DNA of 64,000 nucleotides, taken from the NCBI GenBank assembly GCA_964016885.1, contig OZ024740.1:99200001-99264000 (forward strand), given 5' to 3'. The notes under the pieces are model-generated. The model searched no databases. It was not told where the DNA came from and saw nothing but the letters and a program-made list of their open reading frames with translations. Source of the DNA: Eledone cirrhosa (taxonomy: Eukaryota). Below, in pieces: positions 50,327-64,000 of this stretch (the stretch's first letter is position 1; each line of letters starts with the position of its first letter). A program made the position numbers and the translations under genes.

Positions 50327-51068
50327 GGTATAAATAAAATCAGATGTAATGTAGAAGAGAGAAAATTGTGCTGATATGGACATGAGATGCATATGGAAGA
50401 TGATCATTTGGTCAAGAAGTACCAGGAGATGCCAGTAGAAAAAAATTGCAGTAGATGAAGACAAAGCTATACTGGGCAGAAATGATGAGAGCTGATCTCA
50501 AAATGTTGAATTTCTCAGAAGAGATGACAAAAGAACATAAATGGGGGGAGGGGGTTATACTAGAAAGGACTCATGCAAACATTGCATACTTACATAAATG
50601 ATGAGGAGGAGGATATATATGTTTATGACGCCTGTGTGAGAAGTGTAATGCTACATGGTGAAACATGGGCAGTGACTACAGAGGACATGCATAGACTGGA
50701 GAGAAATAAAACAGTCATGCTTCATTGGATAGTCAATGTAAATGTGAAAGAAAGGCAGAACTTGGATGAACTCAGGGAGAAACTGGGTTTAAGAGGAATC
50801 CGAAGTGGTGTGCAAGAGAGAAGACTGTGTTTTTATGGACATTTGATGCACATGGATGATGATTGGTGTATAAAAATAGCCAGGAAATCCCAATGGAGAG
50901 AAGCCACAGTAGAGGTAGACCAAGAAAGACCTGAGTAGAGGTGGTGAGAGCTGATCTCAAATTGCTGTGACTCACAGAGAAGATGAGAATGGAAAAATGC
51001 TGTGCTGAAAAGGACCTGTCCAAACCATGCAAGATTGGAAAAACAGATTTATAAACTATGATGATGAT
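50327..51068 (+). mobile_element. Two tandem RTE 3'-end remnants (family of 43560-44739)
   Basis: YDACVRSVMLHGETW...LREKLGLRGIRSGVQERRLCFYGH. The first remnant continues from about 48040-48111 across the insertion. Confidence 0.8.
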
Positions 51069-54000
51069 ATATGTAATATGCATATATACACACAGTGGAT
51101 GTCACTTATTTTCATCGCTCTCAAAAAAGAGACTTTTAGATAAAAATAATTGTTTCATAACATTATTTGTTATTATAATAAACACTTTCCAGAACTTGTT
51201 AAAGGGGGCATAAAAAAGATGACAACATATATATATTTATATATATTATACACACACACCCTTTTTATAGAAACACAAACACATGCTCCCCATCCTCACA
51301 TCCATTTATATACATATGTTAGCTATAACTACCTTCAATCTAACCATTATATTCTTTCTGTTCCAATTGTTTTATCTTAACCTACTAATCAACAATTCTA
51401 AATTAGTAAGAATTCTAGACATTTTATGTTTGATATCACACTAACATCTTGCAATATTTGTCACCAGAGAAAACAAGTTCACAGAGGCATTAGTCTGCTT
51501 AAGAAAAAAAAATCATTAAAAATATTTCAGCTAATTTAAACAATAATAACAACCAATTGCTTCAATCATATTTCTGAGGAAATCTAGGTGGGCTGGAATA
51601 CCTTGTGCTCTTTGTTTTCTCTGAATCCTTTGAAGGAAGCAAGAAAAATATTAAGTTTTAGGGTTTTGTTTTATTACCATTTTCTTAGTACATATCTTTT
51701 TATATATTTTTTTGATTGTATATTCTTTGATTTATTTTGTTTTTTAATTTGGTCTTTATTGTTTATCAAAAAACATTTTCCTAATGGTAGACTTTTCTTT
51801 TTTGCTACAAATTATCTCTTTTTTTACATGAGAATTCATTACACTTGTTATTTATTGGCTTACTAATTACTAACTTTATTGTCGTTGCAATTTCCACAAT
51901 TTTGATGTGATGTAGTGGAGGGAGATAGGTGGGGGTTCATGGTGATAGATGATGATTGATAGGGTGATGTAGAAGGTGGAAACCTGATATTTTTGACACA
52001 TAATATCCTTTCATCTTCCTTTCAAGAGGTAAATCATATTTATATGTATGCAGATATACATTCATATATATATATATGGGTGTATGTATATAGATATATA
52101 GATACATACATACACACACACATATATGTACATATATACGTACTCTATACTAACCCCACCCCCACCCCACACACACACATACAACAATTATTGCTGAGTG
52201 TGCATTATCAATTTATAATGAATCAAAAAATAATTTTATGGTGTGGGATGTGGCAGGAATGGAGGTTAAGAAAGATGAAAGTAAATAGATGAGAAAACAA
52301 CTGCAGAAGAAAACATTTACTTCATGAAACATTACTATGATGACTGCAAATAAAATATTATGTGTTATGTATTGTTAAATGTTTTTGATAAAGTTAAATG
52401 TTTATATTCATTAGTCACTCTTCCTTCATTACAGTCTACTACCCACACTTATTCAATTTTTAATCAGTATGGGTTTTTCTTAGTTATCTCCCAGGTCCTT
52501 TTTGACAAGAATTATTTTTGAGGCATTAAATTGACAATCAGGGCAAATTATTCAATGTTCTGCAACATTTGTTCCAGTTCTTTGCTCTCTCTGTTCGAAT
52601 CTTGCTACGGTTAAGTTTGCTGTTCCTCCCTTTAGGGTCAATGAAATAAAGTACTGAGTTTATGATGCTTAGTGGAATTGTTAGTGTTGAACAAGTTGCT
52701 TTATGCTGTTTGTTCTGGCTTTTTGCATTGCATTCATACCTTGTTGTGGTCCACTTCATGAGTAGACTTAATCTATCACCCAGTATACCACCACCAAATG
52801 GCACTTGGTTGTCTAGAGCAAAGGTCTTTCTGTAAATGACAGCTAAAGTCTACAGTCTGAGGATACCTTCCTCTTTTTCCTACATTCCTCCTGTCTTGGA
52901 GGCTCTGAAATGTGTCATGAGCACTGTCCTCCCTTCTCTGAGTAAGCAAAAAAAGAATAACCTGGTGTTATTTTAATTGAGTGGAATATTTTTAGGCTCA
53001 TTGTATAAAGTATGTAAGCCTTTCACTTCAATATATCGAATTGTAACCATAGAAACTGGATAATATTTTTGTTTTTGTTTTCGTTTTATTTCTTTAAGCT
53101 TATAAATAAACCTCTGACCATTCAATGAAGTTATGATGGATGCTGAGAAAACACAGCTTCTTATTAACCTGATTGAATCCAACCTGATCAATGACCTTTT
53201 GGGAAATCAATTTAAGTACTAGGTAGATATGTAGTTGCCAAAACCGAAATAGGTTTTGCCAAGATTTTAAAAAGTCTCAGAAATAATTTATTGATAGCCT
53301 AAACTACTTATATAAAAAATAAAATACTACCAAAAATATGTTTAAAACCCATAGTCAGTTTTGACAATCTGTGTTTCAGATGTTTGATTAATGGAAATGC
53401 ATCCTTGTGAAATAAATATGCAGTATTTCACAGACACTTACACCATTAGCATAATTCTCAGCAAGATCCAGTGTGACACATTGTGGGACAAACAGTCTCT
53501 GTCTACCCAATTTCATTCACAAAGCTTGGATTGTCCTGAGTCTATGGTAAAAGAATACTTAGCTAAGCTGTCACACAAGGTAATTGATACAAGTACCTTA
53601 TGACTGCAAAGTTAATTTTCCAGCTATGCTACATCTTTTTAAATCCCATATAAATCAAATATATTGTTTTTTAAGAGAAAATCCAGGGTCTGGGAGGAAT
53701 GCTGATGGTTTGCAATCAAAACAGTTAATCTGCCAACATGTTTCCTGGGAGAGTTTTGTAAATACAATTGTAGTAAGGAGTGTTTTTTATGACTTAGTTT
53801 GGAAGAAGGTCACTTCCTATGACCATTTTCAAGGTTTCTGAAACCAGTGAGTGGGAGGGAGACAGATAATCTCTAACTGGAAATCTTGCTTAAATGCTTG
53901 CAATAGAGTGGACTCTGCTAAATGTACCCAAGGAACAATTGATGGTGTTAAGTCAGGCAATGGATTATGTCTCACACCCAAGTAAACCACAGTGGGATTT

Positions 54001-54930
54001 GAATCCCAGACAGAAATATAACAAGGCATCTTATCAAACTTGATAATGATGCTGACCCACTCTTAGACTTGTATTTTATTTATCTTGTAATGTTGAAGAT
54101 AAGAGCTTACTATTCTGGAAGAAGAAGACTGTTGCAACATCTGGTATTCCACCAACCCTCAGCTTAAGCCCATTCACTCAATATTTGATGCAAAGCCAAC
54201 AGCGTCAAAGCTTTGTTGAGTGATATTAAGAATAATATATGAGAGGAAACTGGCAGTGAGGCAGCATAGACAGGGTGAATGTTAAAAGTGTCTATCAAGG
54301 ATCTGCAATAGGATGTGTGTTGCTCAGAGATCCAGAGACTGGGCCTTGGAGAAACACTGGTACAGAGACAGTCATTGTCTAGCTGGGTACCAGTTGACAG
54401 TGAGGGTATGGTATTAAGCCAAGTACCCCTATCGGGTTGGGAGGAAGTGCCGAAATATGCCAGACATTGCTAGCCAAATAATTGCACAAAGCTGTCTGAA
54501 GCTTTGTTGTACCTAATTACATTCCTTTTGCATTGGAGAGATTGAAGAGATTGCTTTATTGCCTCTCCTCCTACTTCTACTGGAAGAATAGTTTAGGTGT
54601 GATCTTCCTTTTGTATATTTCACCAAAACTGCCATCTACCATCCTACCAGTTAGACTCCAGCATCAATATATTGTCTACTTGTTAGAAGAATTGACCTAA
54701 TTCCCCACACAGTCCCTTGAACATGACACCTTATTTATATATTAACTGACCAGACTACTATGAAATCTAAATACCTGAGTAGCATCGATAGAGGTTGTTA
54801 AAACAAACTGAAACCACAGCTATCAGGATTGTACTTCTTCAACATACCCGTGCTACATTCCATCATGCATTGAATACTACCCAGATTTGTGATCTGCTCA
54901 GTATTCACATTTCAGACATTTCACTGACAC

Positions 54931-54964
<34 letters not shown>

Positions 54965-55039
54965 TGATGGAACAGCACAGTAGATAGAATCATTAACGCT
55001 GAGAGACAGGTATGGAAATACTGGAAAAATGGTGGCAGC

Positions 55040-56060
55040 AAAAACAGGTACCTGGTAGTTAAATGTGAGGCTAGGCAACAGGCATACATAGCATGAAAAG
55101 AGACTGAAAGAAAGAGGTTTGCCAATGTTTTGTGATGTGAAGATCAGAGGCATCAGGTGTTCAGTATTGAAAAGCAGTTTGTCAGTTTAAATTAGGATAT
55201 TGTTAGGGAAAAGGGTGTTCGAATTGACACTCGTCTACTTAACACCATTGATACTGAAAAGAAAGTGGCCTGGAAATGTTACTATGAGAGATTAATGAAT
55301 GTGGAGAATGAATTAGAGGAGGAAAAACTACCCCCAACTTGCCCATGGGGAATTCTGTATACTGACAATATGATCCTCATAGCTAAATCTGTGGAAGAAC
55401 TAAAGAATAAATTCTGGATGTTGAAACAGAACTTAGAATCAAAAGTGTGTAGAGTAAATTCAGCAAAAATCAAAAGTAGGAAAGACGATAGAGCACCAAT
55501 CTCATCAGTGAAGTGGCCTTGCACAATATATAGAAAAGGATTAGGCATAAACTCAATAAGGTGTACACAATAGATATCTTGGAGACACAAGAGATTTTGT
55601 GGGATAAAAAGCAGACTAACAGAAAAATAATACTTTGTATGTAGTAGGTGTTCAGGGTCAATTGATTGTAATAGTGCCAGTGATATAAACATTTTCCAAT
55701 CCCAGGAAAGAGCCATAGAAGTGGTTAATAGTTTCTGATAACTAAGTGATATAATTAGTAGTGGAGGAGGGTGCTTGGAGAGCATCCAGCTACAATAAGG
55801 ACAGGATTTAAGAAGATTAAGGAACTACTATCCCTCTTAACATCAAAAGATTTTGCCCTACAATTGAAATGTTGGCTGTATGATGCCTGTGTGTGACATG
55901 CCATGCTGCATGGTAGTGATACACGGGCAGTCAATGTAGAGGAGATTGAGGCTGGAGAGAATTGAGGCAAACATGCTTCAATGGATGTTAATGTGTGAGA
56001 ACAACAAAGCATGGATGAACTGAGGGAGAAACTGGGTATAAGAGGACTCAGAAATAGTTT
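55040..56060 (+). mobile_element. Degenerate RTE LINE with the PHD-like insert
   Basis: AWKCYYERLMNVEN, CPWGILYTDNMILIA, KWPCTIYRKGLGINSIRCTQ. Confidence 0.8.
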
Positions 56061-56344
56061 TAGGAATGGCGTCCAGCCACAGAAAATATGACAAATAAGA
56101 GTTGTAAAGATTCTTCATTCATTTCAAATACATTACAATCTCCATAGTTCTTGTACCATGATAAAATTCTCCCACCACACTTTGTAAAGTGGTTAGCATC
56201 AAAAAGAGCATCCTTCTCCTGAAACTTTGACAAAACAGAATTTAAGCAAGACATGGCCCCAGCCTGTCCAGAAGAGTTGCTCCTATTAATTACTGGTTTG
56301 GTCAGTAATGAGAAGAGAACAGAAAAAGATAAGGATAATGATAT

Positions 56345-56793
56345 AGATGGAAACCGCGGAGTGGGGAGACCCAAGATGACCTGGGATGAGGTGATAAAAG
56401 CCGACCTTACCCAATTACACCTCTCAAAGGCTGTGACCTCTGGCATCACGCAGTAATACAGAGTACCCGACCTCCCATGGGTACAAGCTGAAGCATATAG
56501 ACAATATGCCCCCACCCACCCCCACTGCAAGGTGGTCGTGGAGGTACCACGGCAAAAAAGCACCCAGCCCACACTGTAAAGTGGACGTGTAGGCGCCACG
56601 AAAAAGCACCCAGCACTCACTGTAAATGAGTTTGGTGTTAGGAAGGGCATCCAGCTGTAGAAATCAAGCCAAATCAGTTCCTGTATGAGCAAGGCATGGT
56701 CAGCCGACCAGACACTGCCCACAACAGGACAACCCGTCTAACCCATGCTAGCATGGAAGAACGGACGTAAAACGGTGATGATAATGATGATGA
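56345..56793 (+). mobile_element. RTE 3' coding end joined to a SINE B-type tail with subrepeats
   Basis: DGNRGVGRPKMTWDEVIKADL; aaaaagcacccagc subrepeats; ggaagggcatccagctg; (GAT)n tail. Confidence 0.75.
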
Positions 56794-58638
56794 TATAGAG
56801 TTAATAAATTTGCCATGATACATTTTATGCTACAAACACAAGCTGCTTATTTATGCAGCAATTTATATTTTGGTGTGGGTGTGTGCATGTATCTCAATAT
56901 TTTTTTCTTAATTTTTATATCATTTTCAATTACTTAAAAATATCAGGCCACTGAACTCAATGTTTTATATTTCAACTGAAACAAAATTCCAATGTGAATA
57001 TTTTTGACTCATTTTCATAAATAATCCTCTTGGTGCAGAGAATATCTGGCCAAATATAACAGAAGGATTATATTCTAGTCTAGTCTAGTTTTGTCTTGTC
57101 TAGCTGTAATGGGATAAATGTGTATCTATGTTTATTGATTCAGAGCAGTAGGAAAGAAACAAAGATTTCCTTGTTAAGCTACAACAAAGAGAATGGAGAT
57201 TTTCATGGAACAGGAAATGGTAAAGTGTGATGATTTTGAATTTACCAAAGACATTAGTGCAGGAAGTGATGGCTTCTACCAGGAGAAAATCATTGGCAAA
57301 CAATATTCTGGAATGAAAATAAAGATAAAAGTAAAAATAAAATGTATAAGGCACTGAAGAATTGATATGTAAGAATTTTACCAGCAGTGCTAGTAGTTGT
57401 AGTAGTAGTAGTAGTAGTAGTAGTAGTAACAGCAGCTGCAGCTGCAGCAACAACAATACATACAATTTAATGGAGATATATAATCTCTCTATTATAAATA
57501 CGATATATTGAGTTAGGCCTGAACTCATAAACAGAAATATCTTAGAATATTTCAGCACGTTCATCATCTATGAAAAGTTTCAACATGGTCAACTAACCAG
57601 CTAGAAATAGCAGCCAAATGTTACTCAATACACACTTTACCTTCTAAAATAGAAAGAATAAATTGTAAGTACACATTAAATGATATAGTACACAGTTTCT
57701 CAACCCATTTCGGCCAAATGCCCCCTTTTGCCCCCCGAAATCATGAAATCCACCCTACCCTATTTTTCCATTTTTCAATATACTACTGATTTTAAAAGCA
57801 GTAGATTACTGGGCCAAATCAAGTTATATTAGAATCTTTAAAAAAAATCTTTAAAAAATACTCGTAAGAATTAAATACAAAAAAGTTTCAGTCCAAATCA
57901 AAAGCAAACTATTTAAAATTATATATTTTTGAAAAATAGATGTGAATGTTCTCAAAGATTTGATCTCAGTCGAAAAAGCTTTATTTTTTTAAATTCTATA
58001 TTTCACTGTTAGCTGTTGTAACATTTTGAGTGGATAGACAATTCTACAATTCAAACTGTAAAGTCAAAATACAAAAGATGCAAAATATCAAGAATTTCTT
58101 ATCTTTCTCTGGAATCATAAACTTAAGGGAAAAATAGTACCTTGCAAGATAAATTGCCTCAGGGTCGATAAAATAAAGCACCAGTAATGGTCTTGTGCCA
58201 AAAGTAGAAACAGTTATTACAACAACTGGTGCGGGTTGAGTATTAGTAGTATTGGTAGGGCATGCGTTGCATCATTTTGTTGCAGCCCTTTAATTTCTGA
58301 GTTCAAATCCTGCTGAGTTTAGATTTGCCTTTCATCTTTACATGTCGATAAAATATAGTACCAGTAATGGGGTAAGGTTGATTTAATCATCTTTTCTCTT
58401 TCCCTTCAAAATGCTGTTCTTATGCCCAAAGGAGAAAACAATTATTACAACAATTGCTCTTACACCCGCAGTAGCAGCAACAACAATAACAGCAGCTGCT
58501 GCTACTGCTAAAGTACTAGTATAACATTCTTTTTCCTTTTTTGTTTTAAATTTTGGCACTGTCATTTTTTCCAAGTAGAAGCTAGGTGCAGTTGATCAGT
58601 GATGACCTGGGGCTAATCAACACTAACTATATATCTAG

Positions 58639-58856
58639 CCCTTTAACATTTAAACTGGCCATATCTAGCCAGAATTCTCTCACCACTTTCTGTTCACACC
58701 AGCTGCTGATACGGCTGTTAAGGTATTGTTCTCAAAATCTCATAGATTCGATATCAAAATCTCATAGATTCGATATTAAGTGAGATAATTATGTTAGATA
58801 AAGCCTTTACCACAAAAATGTAATAGTATATATAGTGTAATGTAAATACTAAAGGG
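58639..58856. mobile_element. piggyBac-like MITE with CTAG flanks
   Basis: ctag CCCTTTAACATTTA ... TAAATACTAAAGGG ctag. 14-bp TIR with 2 mismatches; internal 22-bp tandem duplication. Confidence 0.7.
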
Positions 58857-61180
58857 CTAGGGTGGCAGAACTGTTTAGCCATATATAGTATCTAGCTGTA
58901 TTTCTAGATGTTATTTGTTCTTTGCATTTGAGTATATTACATTAAAAAAAAAGATTTTGTATTAACCAGGGCGAAGGGGCAACACTGATAATATTTGGAG
59001 GGTCTCTGTGACTATTAAAATCATCTTCATCATCCTCATTCAATCTCATATCCTTCTGCATCCATAACAGCTGTCACACTCTGTTACGATCCTATAGTTC
59101 ACTTATTAGACCTAGCTCTCAGTACTATTTCAAACCATGGACAAAATATGCTCACTCAGGAGGCACAGAAGCATGTTGTCTAATGCTGTAACTATCCCAG
59201 CAATTCACTAACTATGGTCTGTGACTTCAATTTATCATCAAAGGCAAGATAAAATAATTTATATTCCTCTAGAACAGTTGTAAGTTGATAGCTGCAGGTA
59301 AAACAAAGACAAGGAGTGAATTTGAGAGGAATAACATGTCAAGAAGGAAAAAGAGGAAAAAGTGATGGATGTGGGGCTTGAGAGGCATACACAGCCTAGG
59401 TAATGAAAGGAAGCCAGACACACTTAACAAGAGGTGGTACAAGTCCATCCTGCTATGAGGAACAATGACTACTGTGGAATGGGCTCAACAGAACACCCAG
59501 TTTAAGAAGTTAATAAACAAGTGACTGAGCATTCTACAGACACATGCACATTTAACCTGATTTTCAGGGAGATTCAATGTAACACTATGTAATAAGGCTG
59601 GCCTTTTGAATAAGTTCAGTTCATCCAATGGGCTTCAAAACTGTTTCTGTCTATCCAATTTCAATCTCAAGGCATGGATCAACCTGGGATTAGGGTAAAT
59701 GACACTTTCCCAATGTGTCACACAATGGGATTCAATATGGTGCTCAATGATTGCTAAGCAAACTCTTTAACCATGCGACCATGCTTTATCCACACTGAGG
59801 GATTACTGTATCAATGGTATAACAGGCAGAAGGAAAAGACAGCATATGTGTGGGTCAGAGGTTCGTATGTATTAGTCACTCTCTTCATACCAATCAAATG
59901 ATATTGATTGGTATTGGATTTAAACTCTCCACCTGAATTTTATGGACAAACAATTTAACTCGTTAACTATGATGTTTAATAATTTGATTGAACAATATAA
60001 ATTGTTTCAATGTCACGAGAATATTCATAATTACTAGTATTGTGCTGAAGCTGTTTAATAGCTTCAGGTTAATGTTATCAGCTACTTGCATATCACTTTC
60101 CCTTCAACCACAACTACAACAACAGCAACAACAACAACCACACCAATAACAATTTTGAATCATGTTAACTTCAGGGCAAGCTTTAGCCTATTACTTTACT
60201 CTGAAATTTCAGTGTCACTCACTAGTTTCCTAAATCTTTAAATATTTTCCAATCATTTCTATAAGCATTGCTTTAAATTATGTTATATTAAAGTGATTTA
60301 CAAAATGATGCAAATTTGAAAGATTAAGATAGCTCTTTCAATTTGTTCACTCTATCTAAATAAAATACTTCAATTAGCAGTTGCTGCAGCAGAAATGTCA
60401 CCTCAGGTGTATTACTACAAGATGATGAACATATGATAAATATTGAATAATCTTCAATAGCCTCTGGCAAGATAATAGCATTCTGTAATCTATACTTGCA
60501 AATTATAGACTTTGCTTGAATCTTTTGATCTTTTAGTTTGATTCAGCTTTGTGAAATTATTAGTACATGTAGCAATATATATCATTAGAATATCTTGACA
60601 AATATCTACCAATCTTTTAGATTTAGGAGTAACAACTTACTAGTAATGCAACAGAATCTCATTGACAAAAGTGGTCGCTCAAACATGCTAGAAATGGCAG
60701 TCAAGTCTCTTTTACATTACAGTCCAATTTGTTTTTTATTTAATTAAAAAAAAAAATGAATTAGATGGGAAAGAACAGCACCTACGAACTGGTGATATAT
60801 ATGTATGTTTATGTACACATATATATATGTAAATTTAAAGGTATAGTACTAGGAAAAACAAACAACTAGGCAAGAAGTAAGGGTTAGAGGAGAAAGATTT
60901 ATCTAGATTCCGTTCTTTAACATATGTTTCAATACAATATCAGTCTACCAGCGCTAATTGCATAACTCTTATGCTCAATCGCAAGCATTACATTAAATAT
61001 AATTACTCCATGATCTTTCACTTGGATACTGTACACTAAACTCTCTAATTGGACTGTTACTGTACCTCCTGTAATGACTATGTCGAGAAAAATACTTTGG
61101 TAAGCAATCTTCCTCATATACTTTGTTTACACATTGATTCATACAAACACATTTTTACCTGACATATCTTCATATAAATT

Positions 61181-61214
<34 letters not shown>

Positions 61215-61517
61215 TATGCTGTGATAGGAAGAGCATCCACTTGAAGAAAGTTTGCCAAACAAAGGATTACATAGACCCTTCAGTTTTGTCAAATACATGA
61301 CTAACTTCGTTAGTGTTGGTGCCACAATAAAATGCACTCGGTAGAATGTGGGACTGTATGTAAGCAAGTTTTGGACCCAGGGCTTGTTTGGAAGTTCAGT
61401 AGCCTCATTTCATTACTGAATTAGTCTGTGAAGACCCATCCAACCCTTGCTAGCAGCCGAAGTGGATGTTAAATGATGATTATGATATATATATATATAT
61501 TTATTCACAGATGTAAT

Positions 61518-61864
61518 GGAGGCACATGACTTAGTGGTTAGAGCATTGGCCTTGCAATCGAAAGATTGTGAGTTCAATTCTCAGACCGGGTGATGTGTTG
61601 TTTCCTTGAGCAAGACACTTTATTTCACATTGCTCCAGTTTACTCAGCTGTAGAAATGAGATGATAGGGACTGGGGTCCATATCATTCCACAGCAAAGTG
61701 GTCGTGGAGGTGCCACGGCATAAAAGCACCCAGCACTCACTGTAAATGAGGTTGGTGTTAGGAAGGGCATGCGGCTGTAGAAATCAAGCCAGAATCAGTT
61801 CCCGTCTCACCCTTGCAAGCAGGGGAAAAAGCGGACGTAAAATGAAATGATGATGATGATGATA
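61518..61864 (+). mobile_element. tRNA-derived SINE family B, full length
   Basis: ggaggcacatgacttagtggttagagc (A-box), gagttcaattc (B-box), central ccttgagcaagacacttt domain, RTE-like tail, (GAT)n. Confidence 0.92.
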
Positions 61865-62500
61865 TCTAATGAACTTTAAATTAATGGAAACAGAAGGTGT
61901 TACCTTTTTTTTTATAGAGAAATATAGCTTATTAGTATTGCATTTGGCAATGTTGAACACAAGATCTGTAATTGGTCAATTGTTGGAGACACTTCCCTTG
62001 ATATGTATTGAAAAATGTTGAACTGCTAATTCACAAAAATAGTATATTTCCCATGTAATAAATGTTCATACTTGAAAAAAATATTAAATTATTCATCAGC
62101 TCTAAAACTTCATTAACATTTAGAAACAAGTTTTGGTCATTATAATTTACATAATTAACAATAAAATATGCTAAGGGATATAACTCAAGAGAGCCAATGG
62201 CATGAGTTTTGATAATTAATTTAAAAGGTGATGTACTGAAAGCTGTGTGCAAATAATTATTAATTAATTGAAGTTTTCCTCTTAGGTAAGAGAAAAGAAA
62301 CAAAAACAGATTTCATCTAATTAAGAATGATTTGCATATAGCACTCAATACATTGTTTTTTATCTTGATTATCCAAATTAATGCCATTGGTCGATTTGTA
62401 ATATTTCTTTTTAATTATCCAAATTATACAGACCAAAAATTGTTAGTATCCCTTTTTCTATATGTAAAACTCCTGTCCAATGCAAGTTCTGTTAGTCTTC

Positions 62501-62546
62501 ACTACACTGATGAAGTCTAGTAGACTGAAATAAATAAATCCATAGT
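62501..62546 (+). ncRNA. Isolated hammerhead-like motif
   Basis: CTGATGA agtct agt agact GAAA at 62507-62530. Stems I and III weak. Confidence 0.45.
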
Positions 62547-62945
62547 TGTTCCCTGCCTGAAAGAAAAAATTAGGATTGTTCTTTCTTTAACCATATAAAG
62601 TAATTTGAGAAATTTGTTCTTAATTTCTTGACATTATCTCCTTTTTCTTTGAGTATTGTTAAAAATGTTGGGCATGAATATCAATTAATTAAGTTGCCAA
62701 ATAAAAGCATGTTATGCATATTAGACTCATATAATCAGTCCAGTTTTGGTTTGTTATAAAATAGATAGGGATTTGTTAAATAATCCTTTTGTAGGTAGAA
62801 GTATATGGAAACTTGTTTTCTAATGAACAACCAACTGGCTGTGAAACATGTAATTGAAGTATTGTATGTGTTTCTGCATATGAAGAGAAGATGAAGTACA
62901 TTGATATTTGCTGTTTTTTCCACTTTTTGAAACTATAGTTGTAAT

Positions 62946-63135
62946 AATAATAATTGTTTCTACTTTAGGCACAAGGCCAGCAATTACCCAGAGTGCATTA
63001 CTGGTACTTTATTTTATCAACCCCGTAAGGATGAAAGGCAAAGTCAACCTCGGCGGGATTTGAACTCAGATCGTAAAGGGACGTAACTATGCTGGAAAGC
63101 ATGGCGTCCAACCCTCTACCGATACTGCCAATCCA
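62946..63135 (-). mobile_element. tRNA-derived SINE family A
   Basis: Reverse complement of 46366-46553. Confidence 0.9.
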
Positions 63136-64000
63136 GTGCTCAGGTGCACTACAACTCATCAAAAGTGTATGTATAGTACATAGGGTAATGTACAAACGTC
63201 AGGAAAATGAACAGTGCATGAATCATGATATACACATGTGTTCATGTGTATGGAAGGGGTACATCAGGTGTAGTTTTGGCGTATTTCGGGAAGCATGAGG
63301 GTTTTAAAGGATGTAGTGTCTCGGCAGCTAACAACTGACGCAGGCAGTTTGTTCCATGCTTCAGCAACTCTGAGTGTGAAAAAATGTTTACAAAAGTCAT
63401 GGGAGCTGTGCTGTTTTCTGATTTTGTAGGCATGTCCACGTGTGTTAGACACATGGAGATCAAAAAGGTGCTCAGGGTTGTTGTTCGCGAGATGGTTAAT
63501 AACTTTGTGGGTGTTTACCAAGTCCATTGCCAGACGTCGGACCTTCAATGAATCCATGCCCAGGGAAGCAATGCGTTCAGATTATGATAGGTGTCTGAAG
63601 GAGGGTATGCGCTTGGTTGCACGTCTCTGAACAATTTCCAGGAGGTCAATGTTCTGAGCAAGATAGGGGTTCCAGACTGATGATGCGAATTCCAAGTGTG
63701 GTCGTACCATAGCTGTATACAGCTTTAAATAGATGGCTGGAGAGCGGCTAACAAAGGTCTTGCTGAGTGATGCCAAGACACCCTCGGCCTTCTTGACAAT
63801 CTTAGAGACATGCTTTGTCCAACGTAAATCACTGCTGACAGTAATGCCCAGGTCACGTTCACAAGAGGACTTCTTGATATCAGTGTTGTGGAGGGAGTAT
63901 GTGGACGCTGGATTTTTCCTTCCAAAATGCATGGTGGTACACTTGTCCACAGCCAGCTTCAGTTGCCTGTCTGTGATCCATTGCTGCATTGTGTCCAGGT
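63136..64000 (-). mobile_element. CR1-clade LINE 3' portion, running off the window end
   Basis: DKC..MHFG, ERDLGI, LYTAMVRPHLEFASSVWNP, VQRRATK, TRGH, FFTLRVAEAWNKLP. One in-frame stop at 63582. Confidence 0.92.

Noticed and set aside
56520-56640. CRISPR-like repeat-spacer array
   Set aside because: Degenerate tandem subrepeats of a SINE tail with no unique spacers, in a eukaryotic context with no cas genes.
57100-57567. 155-aa minus-strand ORF and a possible plus-strand exon
   Set aside because: Driven by an (AGT)n repeat and AT bias, with no recognisable homology.
60929-61117. 62-aa ORF as a host gene
   Set aside because: LDIVIT...DH resembles a decayed LINE endonuclease end and is too degenerate to call.

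Overview
AT-rich, repeat-saturated animal DNA with no confidently identifiable host gene. The SINE families and LINE repertoire suggest an octopod cephalopod (inference). Most short ORFs in the track are microsatellite artefacts. Real coding content is retroelement-derived: a head-to-tail array of three young R4/Dong-type RT-RLE LINEs (2811-9805) inserted into an (AAT)n Asn-codon tract inside a Naiad-like Penelope-like element (PLE; about 2421-13081); a second PLE GIY-YIG remnant with inverted pseudo-LTRs (14751-16668); RTE, Tx1/L1 and CR1 fragments; two tRNA-derived SINE families; and a piggyBac-like MITE. The signal the ORF track misses is about 20 type-I hammerhead ribozyme (HHR) motifs from several unrelated families, read by eye. 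Many lie in short non-coding fold-back (palindromic) or tandem units beside (TA)n microsatellites. Examples are a 521-bp tandem-plus-inverted array (811-2208), a 320-bp hairpin with an HHR in each arm (36262-36580), and families with non-canonical cores (CAGAAGA, CAGUUGA). No searches or folding programs were run, and coordinates of degenerate repeats are approximate.
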